Source: an uncultured Ruficoccus sp. (lineage in GTDB: Bacteria > Verrucomicrobiota > Verrucomicrobiia > Opitutales > Cerasicoccaceae). From it: a DNA stretch of 64,000 bases. A program made the position numbers and the translations under genes. This document shows, one piece after another, positions 44,090 through 55,941 of the stretch. The stretch covers positions 143,947 through 207,946 of the forward strand of contig OZ223496.1 of assembly GCA_965140785.1 (NCBI GenBank), read 5' to 3'. The notes beneath the pieces are model-generated. The model was not told where the DNA came from. It saw nothing but the letters and a program-made list of their open reading frames with translations, and did not search any database. Every line of letters starts with the position of its first letter. Position 1 is the stretch's first letter.

Positions 44090-46234
44090 CTACTTGCTCA
44101 GCAGGAAGGCGAAGCCCCGGAAGGGTTTGCCCGCGGGCAGCGTCAGGCTCTGAGCCGAGCAGGTGGGCGCATCCGTGGTTTCGTCCCACAGGGAGGCTTC
44201 AAGCTTCCATTCGCCGGGCACCGGGATGTCGATGTACAGCGGGCCGCAGGAGAGTCCTTCGTAGGTGTGAACCACTATCAACGCGCGGTCGCCGTCGGCG
44301 TTCTCGCGCCAAATACCGGACCAGCCCTCGGGATGGCCCCAATGGAATGGCGTCTCGCCGAGGAAGCGCGTGCGGCCCTCGCGAATGAGCGGGGCGGCCT
44401 GCTGGTAGAAGCCGATGGCCTCCTTGACCGTTTCCACCTGCGCGTCGCTCAGGTCGTGAACGGGACCGGACAGGCACATGCGTCCGTACAGTGTAGCGGA
44501 AAGTGAATACATCAACCGCTCAGGAGAATCGTCCGGATAGAGTACCGCCCAGATCTGCGACTGCCGCGGCGGCAGCAGGTAGTGCAACTGGCGGGCGATG
44601 ATCGGGATATTCTGCGACTCGTGCGCGTCGGAAAACGAGCTCATCGAGGTCAGCGCCATCATCGAGGGCTCCAGGCGATGGCCGCCGGAAGAGCAGTTCT
44701 CGATCACGAGGTCGCCTACCTTTTCCCGCAGCCGCTGGAAGGTCCGGTAAACACCCTCGACATGACGACGCAGGCCTTCGCCGAGCGAGTCGGGATGATC
44801 AATACCGACGCCGAGGTGGTCGTTGTAATCGACCTTGAGGTAGCCGAATCCGTTGTCGGCCAGAAAGTCCATCAGCTTCTCGTCGAGGTAGGCCTCGACC
44901 CAGGGGTCGTTCAGGTCCCAGAAGCGGCGGGTGCCCGAGCGCAGGGGGCGTCCGTCGCGCTGGACGTGGTGGTCGGTTTGCTCAAAAGCCTTCGAGCCGG
45001 GGTTACAGACCTCGAACTCGAACCACACCCCGGGCACGAAGCCAAGCTTACGCAGTTCGTCGCAGGTCGCCTTGATGCCGTGCGGAAACTTTTCCGTGTC
45101 CACGATCCAGTCACCGTTGGACTGCATGGTGGCCTCCGGCGGGCGCTTGGCCCAGCCGTCGTCGATGACGAGATATTTGACACCGGTGCCCTGGAGACGA
45201 CGGGCGAGCGCGATTGTCTTATCATGGCTGGGCGATCCCCAGTTGGTGCACCATTCGTTGAACATGACCGGCAGCTCTTCCTCGGAGGCGGGCAGGTCGT
45301 TCAGGCGGCTTTCCTGAAGGGAGACGAGCTTGTGCGTGAGGTCTTCGAGCGTGCCCTGCACGCAGGCCAGGTGCGCCACGGGGGAGGTGAAGTGCTCGCC
45401 CGGCTGCAGGACCTTGCGCCAGTGGCCGAATTCGAAGTCGGCCAGCCCGCCGGAAATCGAAACCGCGTCGCCCCGGCGCGTGATCTCCATCTGCCAGGAG
45501 CCGGCCCAGGCCAGTTGTGCGCCCCAGAGGACGCCGGCCTCGGTGTCTTCCACCGCGAGGAAGGGGAAAAACTTGCGCACGGGCATGGTACCGACCTGCC
45601 CAAAGCGCTCGGAGCAGGTGTTGAAGCCTGACCAACTGCGGATGAGCTGAAAGTCCTCGATGGGGCGGCACTCGTGGCGGCCTTCATGGCTCCACCAGGT
45701 GCGGAAGCGGTGGATCTTCAGGCGGCCCGGCGCATCGTCGGCGGCAAAGGGGGTGAGCCCGGACAGCACAAAGCTGCTGAGGTTCTCCAGCGTGACCGGC
45801 TCGGGACCATCGTTGGTCACCGTGGTCCAGGAACGCAGCGTGCCCTCGACGGCAGTCGGCTCCAGGTACTGGCGAATTTTCAGGCCATGACGCGGGTTTT
45901 CCAATTCGGTCACGAGGGTGCCCGGATCACAGGCCACCGTGCTCTCACCCGCCGCCTCGACCATCCGCAGTTCCTTCGTGGTCGAGCTGTCCTGCATGGA
46001 GGACCCGGAGAGGAAGTTCATCGCTGCCGGGTCTTCGGCCAGCTTGAGCTGCACCATACTGTCGGGCGAGAGGATGGTGGGAGACTTTCTTCGACACTCC
46101 GGCAGGCCGGTGATTTCCTGGCGGTGCTCAACCACCTGTTCCTTTATTTCCTGCGGGCACAGCCGCAGCTCGATTCCTCCGTTAGCATCCACCACGCGGT
46201 TGACGCACACTCCGTTCAGTTCTTCCGATTTCAA
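44090..46234 (-). CDS. Alpha-galactosidase, GH36
   Basis: FNEW, LVIDDGW, YLKVDYN and IENCSSGG. Confidence 0.88.
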   Translation of the reverse strand: MKSEELNGVCVNRVVDANGGIELRLCPQEIKEQVVEHRQEITGLPECRRKSPTILSPDSMVQLKLAEDPAAMNFLSGSSMQDSSTTKELRMVEAAGESTVACDPGTLVTELENPRHGLKIRQYLEPTAVEGTLRSWTTVTNDGPEPVTLENLSSFVLSGLTPFAADDAPGRLKIHRFRTWWSHEGRHECRPIEDFQLIRSWSGFNTCSERFGQVGTMPVRKFFPFLAVEDTEAGVLWGAQLAWAGSWQMEITRRGDAVSISGGLADFEFGHWRKVLQPGEHFTSPVAHLACVQGTLEDLTHKLVSLQESRLNDLPASEEELPVMFNEWCTNWGSPSHDKTIALARRLQGTGVKYLVIDDGWAKRPPEATMQSNGDWIVDTEKFPHGIKATCDELRKLGFVPGVWFEFEVCNPGSKAFEQTDHHVQRDGRPLRSGTRRFWDLNDPWVEAYLDEKLMDFLADNGFGYLKVDYNDHLGVGIDHPDSLGEGLRRHVEGVYRTFQRLREKVGDLVIENCSSGGHRLEPSMMALTSMSSFSDAHESQNIPIIARQLHYLLPPRQSQIWAVLYPDDSPERLMYSLSATLYGRMCLSGPVHDLSDAQVETVKEAIGFYQQAAPLIREGRTRFLGETPFHWGHPEGWSGIWRENADGDRALIVVHTYEGLSCGPLYIDIPVPGEWKLEASLWDETTDAPTCSAQSLTLPAGKPFRGFAFLLSK

Positions 46235-46444
46235 TGCAGGTAATGGCTAAAATGACGTTTGTGGCGCGCCCCGTCCGCCGGATGTGGCAGGAAGGGCAAG
46301 CCAGAAGCCCAGCAGCATGGCCCGCCGTTTCCGACAATCCAAGCCAAATCCTCAGGCCGTCGCTTCTACGGTTAAAAAAGAGCCTGTTTGTCCTACCCCA
46401 GTGCAGCCCACCCTGGCCAAAATAGACTTGCCTCCGTATATATC

Positions 46445-46459
46445 ATATGCAAAACATAT
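46445..46459. promoter_or_regulatory. Short palindrome, candidate operator of the IclR-like regulator
   Basis: ATATG-caaaa-CATAT just upstream of the regulator start, in the divergent promoter region. Confidence 0.35.
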
Positions 46460-46466
46460 TCCATAA

Positions 46467-47219
46467 ATGAAATTAAATGACCCATTGGCTCTCTGTCGGG
46501 CGGAGACGACGGCCCCGGCCCTGAGCCGCGGGCTGGCCATCATGGCCAGCCTGGCGGAGGAAGCTCCGCTGTCCCTGGAAAAGCTCTCCAGCCGCCTGAG
46601 CCTGCCCAAGGCCTCGGTCTTTCGCCTGCTGGGCACACTCGAAACCGTAGGCATGATCCGCAAGACCGCGCAGAAGACCTACGAACCACTCTGGCAGTTC
46701 CAGCCCGCCGCCGACCCGCGCGTACTGTTGCGCAACAAGCTCGAAGGGCGGATGTCCGCCCTGGCCGAAGCCACCGGCTGCACCATTGAGTGGTACGAAC
46801 CCGCCACCGAGGGCATGCGTCTGGTCCTTCAAAAACATCCCCAGAGCGAGCTGTGTGTGAAGGTCGGGCCTGGCTTCGTACGCATCTGGGGCGTGGAGCT
46901 GGAGGCCGTCACTCTGCTGGGCTACGCCCTTTACCCGCAAGCCCCGGCCCCCGAACCGATCGATTTCTACGTATCGAACGGCGTCAAGAAAACCCTTTCT
47001 CCCGCCAAAGCCTCCCGTCACATCGCCCAGGCTCGCGAAGAAAAAACCGCCGCTGATCACGCCTACAACACAAACGGTGTGCGCCGCTTCGCCGTCAGCG
47101 TCAGCGACCCCGAGACGGGGGACTTCCTGGGTGTGCTCGCCCTGGCCGAGGCCTACCACTTCAACGAACGCCCCGGAGTGGACACCTATTTCGAACAACT
47201 CAACAACCTCCTGCAGTAG
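46467..47219 (+). CDS. IclR-type HTH transcriptional regulator
   Basis: APALSRGLAIM...LPKASVFRLLGTLETVG. Confidence 0.82.
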   Translation: MKLNDPLALCRAETTAPALSRGLAIMASLAEEAPLSLEKLSSRLSLPKASVFRLLGTLETVGMIRKTAQKTYEPLWQFQPAADPRVLLRNKLEGRMSALAEATGCTIEWYEPATEGMRLVLQKHPQSELCVKVGPGFVRIWGVELEAVTLLGYALYPQAPAPEPIDFYVSNGVKKTLSPAKASRHIAQAREEKTAADHAYNTNGVRRFAVSVSDPETGDFLGVLALAEAYHFNERPGVDTYFEQLNNLLQ

Positions 47220-47226
47220 CAACACC

Positions 47227-48780
<1,554 letters not shown>

Positions 48781-48803
48781 GCCGCCTGACGCTTCCGCTT
48801 TCG

Positions 48804-48838
48804 AGCCCCTCTCCGGAACGTCCGGCGAGGGGCTTTTC
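48804..48838 (+). terminator. Terminator downstream of the sulfatase gene
   Basis: agcccct-ctccgga...tccggcg-aggggct followed by ttt. Confidence 0.65.
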
Positions 48839-48871
48839 AGTACCTCGGTGTGACACCTGCCATCGTGATAC

Positions 48872-49145
48872 TAGAGCACTTTCGTTTTAATCTGTCGCCC
48901 TCGGCTGAGCTGATTTTAAGTTCTGGCAAGGCTCTTTCAAGGGACTTGGGCTGGAAGCCCTGGCCCCTTGAAAGGAACGCCGCCAGGCTTAAAATCAGCC
49001 AGTCCATTCGGATGGGGTCTGTCTTGCGGCTCGCGGCGTTGGCTGGGGGACTTACGGGCTTCCAGCCCGCTACGCCCCCAGCCGCCTGGCGAGCCTTCAA
49101 GACATTTCCCCACCGAGTGCGACTGATTAAAACGAAAGTGCTCTA
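48872..49145. mobile_element. MITE-like element, 274 bp, with 33-bp terminal inverted repeats and two internal hairpins
   Basis: Terminal repeats at 48872-48904 and 49113-49145 match at 31/33 positions and end in TA (TAGAGC...GCTCTA). No credible ORF inside. Confidence 0.8.
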
Positions 49146-49194
49146 TTTTCAAACTGGAATGATGAACTTGGGTCTTCTCAGAAAGGATCGTTTT

Positions 49195-49270
49195 TTTAAT
49201 AGGGAGGTCGGGAAGTCGGAGAGAGTGGGTCGCTACTTTCTTTTCGATCTTCCCGACCTTCCTGTTAAAT
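49195..49270. repeat. Cargo-free hairpin of the repeat family that flanks the GxxExxY gene
   Basis: 49248-49270 (tcttcccgaccttcctgttaaat) is identical to 58005-58027 and pairs with the left arm that starts at 49195. Confidence 0.85.
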
Positions 49271-49316
49271 CCCACTCTTTTGAGCAAAGCAGATGGAAGG
49301 GGTAGAAAATGGCACC

Positions 49317-50099
49317 TCACCCCTTCCCCCGCAACTGGCGTGGAGAACAGCCGAAGACCCGGCGGATGACCTTGTTGAAGTGCTGGAGGTCGGGGAGCCC
49401 GACTTCACAGGCCACGACCTTGACCGAAAGGTCCGAGTGGACCAGCAATTCGCGGGCGCGGTCCGTGCGCAGCTTGCGCAGCCAGGCTTGCGGAGTCATG
49501 CCGGTGTGGCGCTTGAGGACGCGGATGAACTGGTTGTGAGAGACCCGGCAGCGGCGGGCCAGCTCGGCCACGGTCGGGCAGGCGGCCATCTCCTGCTGAC
49601 AGATGCGGGCGGCCTGGTCCACCAACCGCAGATGGGTGGTTGATTCGTGCGGACAGCGCTCCACCGCCGCCAGGCCGAAAAGCACATCCCATAATCGCGC
49701 GTCAGTGCGCCGGGGGTCTTCCTCGCGGTAGCCGACCACCTCCAGCAGACGTTCCCGCAGCGCATCCAGCCGCGCCTCCGCCGGGAAAAACCGCGCCCGC
49801 ACGCGCGGGGCCGATGGCGGTACCGGCAGGCGGAAATGCGTGTACAGATGCTCCGAGCGCCCACGATAAAAATACGTGACCGCCTGTCCCGGAGGGACCA
49901 GTGAGACCGAACCCGGATGCAGTGAAAAGGTCTCCTCACCGGCCAGCAGTTCACCCTCGTAGCCGTAGAAGTGCAAGGCCCAGCAATCCCTTAGCAGAAA
50001 GCTCTCCCGGTCCACATGCTGGCCATGAACGACACAGGCCAGCCGCAGGGCTTCGGGAGGATTCCGCAAGCATTGGACCCAGGGGCAATCATTATCCAT
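49317..50099 (-). CDS. AraC-family transcriptional regulator
   Basis: SVKVVACEVGLPDLQHFNKVIRRVFGCSP. Confidence 0.9.
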   Translation of the reverse strand: MDNDCPWVQCLRNPPEALRLACVVHGQHVDRESFLLRDCWALHFYGYEGELLAGEETFSLHPGSVSLVPPGQAVTYFYRGRSEHLYTHFRLPVPPSAPRVRARFFPAEARLDALRERLLEVVGYREEDPRRTDARLWDVLFGLAAVERCPHESTTHLRLVDQAARICQQEMAACPTVAELARRCRVSHNQFIRVLKRHTGMTPQAWLRKLRTDRARELLVHSDLSVKVVACEVGLPDLQHFNKVIRRVFGCSPRQLRGKG

Positions 50100-50182
50100 G
50101 GTGAATATATACCACTTACGCCCCGTGTTAGACAAGCGTTTAGGCTTTTGCCCGGCACAAATAATCGACAGGGTTAATCTCT

Positions 50183-52226
50183 ATGAAAGAGCCCCTTCGT
50201 TTCCGCCAGATTCACCTCGATTTTCATACCTCGGGCGCCATCGACCAGATCGGCTCGCGCTTCGACAAGCAGGCCTACCAGGAGATGCTTCAGCGCGCCG
50301 CGGTCAACAGCATCACGACCTTCGCCACCTGCCACCACGGCTGGAGCTACTACGACACGAAGATCGGCCAGCGCCATCCGCACCTCAAGTACGACCTGCT
50401 GCGCGCCCAGTTCGACGCCTGCAAGGAAATCGACATCAACGTCCCCATCTACCTGACCGCAGGGGTGCACAATGTTATGGCCGAGGAGCACCCCGAGTGG
50501 CGCATGGTCTCCCCCGAGGGCAGCTACGCCGGCTGGACCGTTTCCCCGCTCAAGCCCGGCTTCAAGTGCATGAGCTTCCACTCGCCCTACCTCGACTACC
50601 TGTGCGAGCAGGTGCAGGAAGTGGTCAAACTTTTCCCCGAGGCCGACGGTATCTTTCTGGACATCATCATGCAGCAGGAGGACTGCTCGCAGTGGGCACT
50701 GGCCCATATGAAGGAAAAAGGCCTCGACCCCGACAAACCAGAGGACCGCCTCCAGAGCAAGGTCGATGCGCTTTTCAAGTACTACCAGCGCGTGACCGAG
50801 GCCGTGCGCAGCATCGATCCGCAGATGCGCATCTTCCACAACAGCGGGCACGTCGTCCCCGGCTACCGTGAGATTTTCCCGTACTTCAGTCACCTGGAGC
50901 TGGAGAGCCTGCCCACCGGCGGCTGGGGCTACGACCACTTCCCCCTATCGGCCAAGTACGCCCACACGCTCGATCTGGATTTCCTCGGGATGACGGGCAA
51001 GTTCCACTCGACCTGGGGCGAGTTCGGCGGCTTCAAGTCGCCCAACGCCCTGCGCTACGAGTGCTGCGCCATGCTCGCCTATGGCTCCAAGTGCAGCATC
51101 GGCGACCAGCTCCACCCCACCGGCCAGCTCGACGCCAGCACCTACGAAATCATTGGCGAGGCCTACCGCGAGGTCGCACGCAAGGAAGCCTTCGTCCAGG
51201 ACGCGAAGAACGTGGCTGACGTGGCCCTGCTCAGCAGTGTTTCGACCCGCGCCGCCGAAGCCTTCAGCGCCAAAGCCGGACGTGATGAAGCCTCCGACAC
51301 CGGCGCGGGCCGCGTCCTGCTGGAGGAGCACATCCTCTTTGATGTGATCGACACGGAGGCGGACTTTTCCCCCTATAAGATGCTCGTCCTGCCCGACGAC
51401 GTCACCATGGATGCCGACCTGGAGGCCAAGCTCAAGGCCTACCTAACAGAGGGCGGCAAGCTCTTCCTGACCGGCGACAGTGGCATCGACCCCGAGCGGG
51501 GCATGCTCTTCGACGTGGGTGGCGAGGTCGGCGAACTTTCCGAATTCCTCCCCGACTACATCCTGCCGATCGAGGGCCTGCAGTCGGATTTCGTGGCCAG
51601 CCCGATGGTCATGTACGCCAAGAGCCGCCGCCTGAAAGTCACCGACGGCGACTCCCTGGGCGAGGTGTACGACCCGTACTTCAACCGCACCTGGGACCAC
51701 TTCTGCAGTCACCAGCACGCTCCCGCCCGGCCCGATCCTTCTGGCTTCGCCTGCGGTTCACACAAGGGCAATGTGCTCTATCTGGCCCACCCGGTCTTCT
51801 CGATCTACCGCACCCCTCGGTCAGGTCGCCCTGCGCCAGGTCATCGGGCGGGCTCTGCGCCGCCTGCTGGGCGACGACGAGAGCCTTTCGCTCAGCGGCC
51901 TGCCCTCGACCGGCCGGGTGACCCTCACACACCAGCCGGAGCATAAGCGCCACATCCTGCACCTGCTCTACGCCAACACCCTCAACCGCGGGGGCGCCAC
52001 TAAACTTCACGGAGGCAATATCGCCGGGATGCAGATGTCCTACGAGGTGATTGAGGAGCTGATGCCGGTGGAGAATATCGACATCGAGTTGCGCCTGGAG
52101 GGACCGGTCAAGAGCGTCACACTGGAGCCCGAGGGTGAGGCTCTGGACTTCGAACAGGCTGGCGGCGGGCTCAAGCTGCGCCTGCCCCGGCTGTTGTGCC
52201 ACCAGATGATCGCCTTGAACGCCTGA
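50183..52226 (+). CDS. Glycoside hydrolase of the GH151/GHL6 alpha-L-fucosidase type, with trimerisation domain (frameshift near 51815)
   Basis: RFRQIHLDFHTS, CHHGWSYY, DGIFLDI and ELESLPTGGWGY. The C-terminus continues in ORF 51771-52226. Confidence 0.8.
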
Positions 52227-52266
52227 GCGTGACCAATCGCCAATTTTAGCGAATTTATCCCGTCCG

Positions 52267-52311
52267 AAAAGACCGGAGCCGGACCCTCAATGTCCGCCTC
52301 CGGCCTTTTTT
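52267..52311. terminator. Terminator-like hairpin with A and T tails
   Basis: aaaagaccggagccggac ... gtccgcctccggcctttttt. Confidence 0.6.
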
Positions 52312-52560
52312 ATAATACGCCCTGAAGCCCGGCGCGGAACATGACTCCGGAGCCTGGCCGTAGTATTCCATACGAGCAGGACATATTCCTGTAAAATAAT
52401 GGCTAAAGTTACTGATAAAAGGAGCGATATAGTCATCGAGCATACCTAATTAACGCCCGAGAGGGCACGCCTGATGTTTGCATCCCAGCTCGCACCGGGT
52501 GACTGAGTGTTTCCCCCTTTTCGCCCAAGCGGGCGGAAGCATTTTTTTTAACCTGTGACG

Positions 52561-53217
52561 ATGACGACAAATCCCAAACGGACCCCCGTACGCATAGTGG
52601 TTGTTGACGGCCATGAAATTGTTCGTCGCGGCCTTGAGCACCTGCTCAGCGCCTGCGAAGATCTCTGCATTGTCGGTTCCGTCCCGGATTTGGCCAGCGC
52701 CCGCGAATCCATCCTTTCCAACCAGCCGAATGTCGTGGTGCTCGACATGATGCTGCCCGACGGCAAGGGCTACCAACTGCTGCCCTGGATCAAGCAGAAC
52801 CTCCCCGGCTCCGCCGTGGTCTGCCTGAACTCCAACCAGGACCAGGAAATGATCCACGAAGCCATCTCCAAGGGCGTGGACGGGCTCATCCCCAAGAATG
52901 CCGACAGCGAGACCATCATCGACACCATCCGGCGGACCGCCCGGGGAGAGTGCTATGTGGACAGCGACATCCTGCTCTCCGCGTTTCACCACAGCCAGCC
53001 CGGCTCCAGCCCGCTGGATATCCTTTCCCAGCAGGAGTCGCGCGTGCTGACGCTCATGGCCGAGGGCATGACCAACCGTGAGATCGCCGCCCGCATGGGC
53101 CTGAGCGAAAAAACGGTCAAAAACTACAGCTCGCACATGATGTCCAAGCTCGGCGTCACCCGCCGCACCGAGGCCGCCGCGCTCTTCTGGAAGCACGAAA
53201 AAAGCGCCCGCATCTGA
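52561..53217 (+). CDS. NarL/LuxR-family response regulator (orphan)
   Basis: Receiver domain (VVLDMMLPD) plus LuxR HTH (GMTNREIAARMGLSEKTVKNY). Confidence 0.9.
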   Translation: MTTNPKRTPVRIVVVDGHEIVRRGLEHLLSACEDLCIVGSVPDLASARESILSNQPNVVVLDMMLPDGKGYQLLPWIKQNLPGSAVVCLNSNQDQEMIHEAISKGVDGLIPKNADSETIIDTIRRTARGECYVDSDILLSAFHHSQPGSSPLDILSQQESRVLTLMAEGMTNREIAARMGLSEKTVKNYSSHMMSKLGVTRRTEAAALFWKHEKSARI

Positions 53218-53352
53218 AGGCAACGTAGCACGAGACTGCAACCGACCGCCGAAAGCGGGGTTTCCCTATTCGCTCCCGGGGGCGGAAGCGGCCAACTCTA
53301 GGCTTTTACCCGCCCGCTCCCTGCGCTAGGCTGGGGGCCAATTACGCGACCC

Positions 53353-53991
53353 ATGAAGCCCTCCGCCCTCTTCCGTACCGTTCTGCTCGCACTGCTGCCC
53401 CTGCTGACGGCCCTTCCCGCCGCCAACGGCTCCCTTATCATCCGCTACGGGGAGATTAACAACCCCGGCATCTTCGGCGTGCAGTTTCCCAATGAACTGT
53501 CCTTTTACGGGCGCGCCGACATGGTGTACGCCATTTCGCTCCAGCAGTACCAGACCGGTCCCTATCTGGTCACGGAAATGGTGGTGGACATCGGCGGGGT
53601 GACCTCGCAGTTCCGCGTTTACGCGACTGAGCCCTTCGATGCGGCATCGACCCTCCAGAAACGACTCCCGGACGGCACGCCCGGTGCGGTCAAGCAGCAG
53701 ACCGGCGTCCCGCCCGCCGTCCAGAAGCTGCGCAAAAAGGGCGAGGAAACCCTCGATCCGAGCCAAAGTGGCCTCGTGGTCAAGGACTACCCCGTCGCCA
53801 CCCACGCCAAGACCATCGAGTACCGCCTGAGCAAGGCCGAGGACGTCCAGGACCTCTACGAGGCCATGATGGACCTCTACATCCGCCGCGGGCGCGAGGC
53901 CGTCGTCAGCCGCCGCGAAAGCGTGGACAATTCCGAGGAAATCAAGCAGGAGATCAATCGCCTCGGCGGCACGCTGTTCGCATTTGAGTGA
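53353..53991 (+). CDS. Hypothetical secreted protein
   Basis: Signal peptide and host-like codon usage. Confidence 0.75.
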   Translation: MKPSALFRTVLLALLPLLTALPAANGSLIIRYGEINNPGIFGVQFPNELSFYGRADMVYAISLQQYQTGPYLVTEMVVDIGGVTSQFRVYATEPFDAASTLQKRLPDGTPGAVKQQTGVPPAVQKLRKKGEETLDPSQSGLVVKDYPVATHAKTIEYRLSKAEDVQDLYEAMMDLYIRRGREAVVSRRESVDNSEEIKQEINRLGGTLFAFE

Positions 53992-54022
53992 GCCAGACGA
54001 AGGGCTCCCCTCTACATCTGCG

Positions 54023-54346
54023 TCAGCCTGCCTGCGGGGGACGGGTATTGCGCTCAATGGCGACCTGACAGAGTGCCAATTGGGCTTCCATTCTCAGTTT
54101 TTGCCCTTTCGCCTGGCCGCTAGACCAGCCAAGAAGTCCGAAAACGGCCCCGGCAATCAGGATCTCGTTACCACCGATGGCAAGGCAGGAACTCTCGCTC
54201 GCAGCCGGTAGCATCATCATGACAGCCCCAAAAATTGCACCGATGAGGGTGTAAACAAAAGCTATCCGCAGGGCCAGGCCCCGGGCTTGCTTGTAGAGCC
54301 GCTCTGCTTCTTTGATAATCACAGACTCGTCATACGGTACAGCCAT
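54023..54346 (-). CDS. Small hypothetical membrane protein
   Basis: Two transmembrane segments; lower GC than its neighbours. Confidence 0.6.
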   Translation of the reverse strand: MAVPYDESVIIKEAERLYKQARGLALRIAFVYTLIGAIFGAVMMMLPAASESSCLAIGGNEILIAGAVFGLLGWSSGQAKGQKLRMEAQLALCQVAIERNTRPPQAG

Positions 54347-54547
54347 GGCAGGAGGGGTTACGGGGTTGGTTGCTACGGGATTCGCTCTATGCGAATGCCC
54401 GTTATCCCGCCATCAAAGAACCCGCCTTTCCGTTTGTCAATAATCCTCACATTGACGCACACCCAGCTATGCCTTTGGCTGCGGTTTGGCTAAACTACGA
54501 CGATAATCCCGTCCGTCCCGCCGCTTTTCCCTTGTAGCCGGGCGGAC

Positions 54548-55855
54548 ATGGAACACATTAGAAAAAATATGTGCTGGTGGCATTGGTGCCGCGGGCTTGT
54601 TCCCGTCATTCTCTTTACCCTGTGCGCGCATGAAAGCGCGGCCCAGGCCTCGTTTCGCAATGGCGGATTGGTCATCCCTTTGCAGCCGTCGGACGAAGAC
54701 GTCAACCCCGCCCTGGACGTAAGCGACATGGCCTCGGTGCGCACGCTCGCGCCCGGCGCCCCGCTGACACAGATCCCGCCGGAGACGCTGGAGCGTTTCG
54801 GCGAATACATCGCCGGACTCTGCCAGGACTACGGCCTGCCCGGCATGGCCATGGCTGTCGTGCAGGACGGCAAGGTCGTCCTGCAGCAGACGCTCGGCTA
54901 TGCCAATGTCAAAACCGGCGAGCGCATCACCGAGCACACGCGCTTCAATGCCGGACCGGCCACCCAGGCGCTGACCTCCCTGCTCGCGGCCACCCTGGAG
55001 GACGCCACCTTTACCTACGACAAGCCCGCCCAGAAGCTCTGGCCGCGGTTCCGCATGAGTGCGCCCGAACTCTCCAGCGAGGTCACGATCCGGCAGCTCC
55101 TGACCATGACCGCCGGTATCCCCGACTACACCGACAATATCCTCGACCCGGCCTGGGCACGCCCCGAGGACGTGCTGGCGGTCATCGCGCAGGCCCCCGT
55201 CATGGCCAACCCCGGCCAGCGCTTCAACGTCAGCCAGGTCAGTGTCGCTGCCGCCGGCTACCTCCTGCCCCGCGCCGCCGGCCGCGAAGGCGAATTTTAC
55301 GAGGATTACGTCGAAACCGTGCAGGAGCAGATTTTCACCCCGCTCGGCATGACGGACTCGACCTTTTCGCTCGCTGAGGCGCAGGCCTCCGGCCAGATGG
55401 CCAGCGCCCACCAGGACGCCGAGCGGGGCCGCTACGACCCCACCGGCTTCTGGCAGCCCGAGCAGAACGCCTTCGCCCCCGCCATCGGCCTCAAATCCAG
55501 CCTTCACGACATGACCCGCTGGCTCCTGACTGAGCTGGCCATGGGCACGGCTCCGGACGGCACCCCCATCGCCGACCCGGTCAGCGTCCGCGAGCGCTGG
55601 CAGCCCGCCCGCACCGAGGACAGCCGCAACTACGGCATGGGCTGGTCCCGCCGCTACTACCGCAATGTGGAAATCATTGGCACCGAGGGCAGTTACGACC
55701 GCCACAGCGTGGCCATGGCCATTTTCCCCGGCTACCGCACGGGCTTCGTCGCCCTCATCAACGCCGACAGCCCCGACGCGCAGAAAGTTCTGACCGAGCT
55801 CCCCCTCGGCATCGCCGAAATGCTCAAGTCCACCGAGACCAAGAGCGGGCGCTAA
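54548..55855 (+). CDS. Beta-lactamase/serine-hydrolase-fold protein lacking the SxxK motif
   Basis: PGMAMAVVQDG, VTIRQLLTMTAG, IFTPLGMTDS and YGMGW; catalytic motifs are substituted. Confidence 0.85.
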   Translation: MEHIRKNMCWWHWCRGLVPVILFTLCAHESAAQASFRNGGLVIPLQPSDEDVNPALDVSDMASVRTLAPGAPLTQIPPETLERFGEYIAGLCQDYGLPGMAMAVVQDGKVVLQQTLGYANVKTGERITEHTRFNAGPATQALTSLLAATLEDATFTYDKPAQKLWPRFRMSAPELSSEVTIRQLLTMTAGIPDYTDNILDPAWARPEDVLAVIAQAPVMANPGQRFNVSQVSVAAAGYLLPRAAGREGEFYEDYVETVQEQIFTPLGMTDSTFSLAEAQASGQMASAHQDAERGRYDPTGFWQPEQNAFAPAIGLKSSLHDMTRWLLTELAMGTAPDGTPIADPVSVRERWQPARTEDSRNYGMGWSRRYYRNVEIIGTEGSYDRHSVAMAIFPGYRTGFVALINADSPDAQKVLTELPLGIAEMLKSTETKSGR

Positions 55856-55941
55856 GCGGGTCAAATAGTCCGCCAGCCGGACTGTTTGGTTGACCTTGGC
55901 CAGAAATCTGCTTTGTTGGATTGTTTGAATCCATTCCGGTC

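Noticed and set aside
48850..49320. ORFs 48850-49305 (+) and 48937-49320 (-)
   Set aside because: They run through the MITE and hairpin repeats and have no protein-like features.
54000..54365. Possible inverted repeat around the small low-GC gene 54023-54346 (cccctc / gagggg)
   Set aside because: Only about 6 bp of complementarity, which is within chance.
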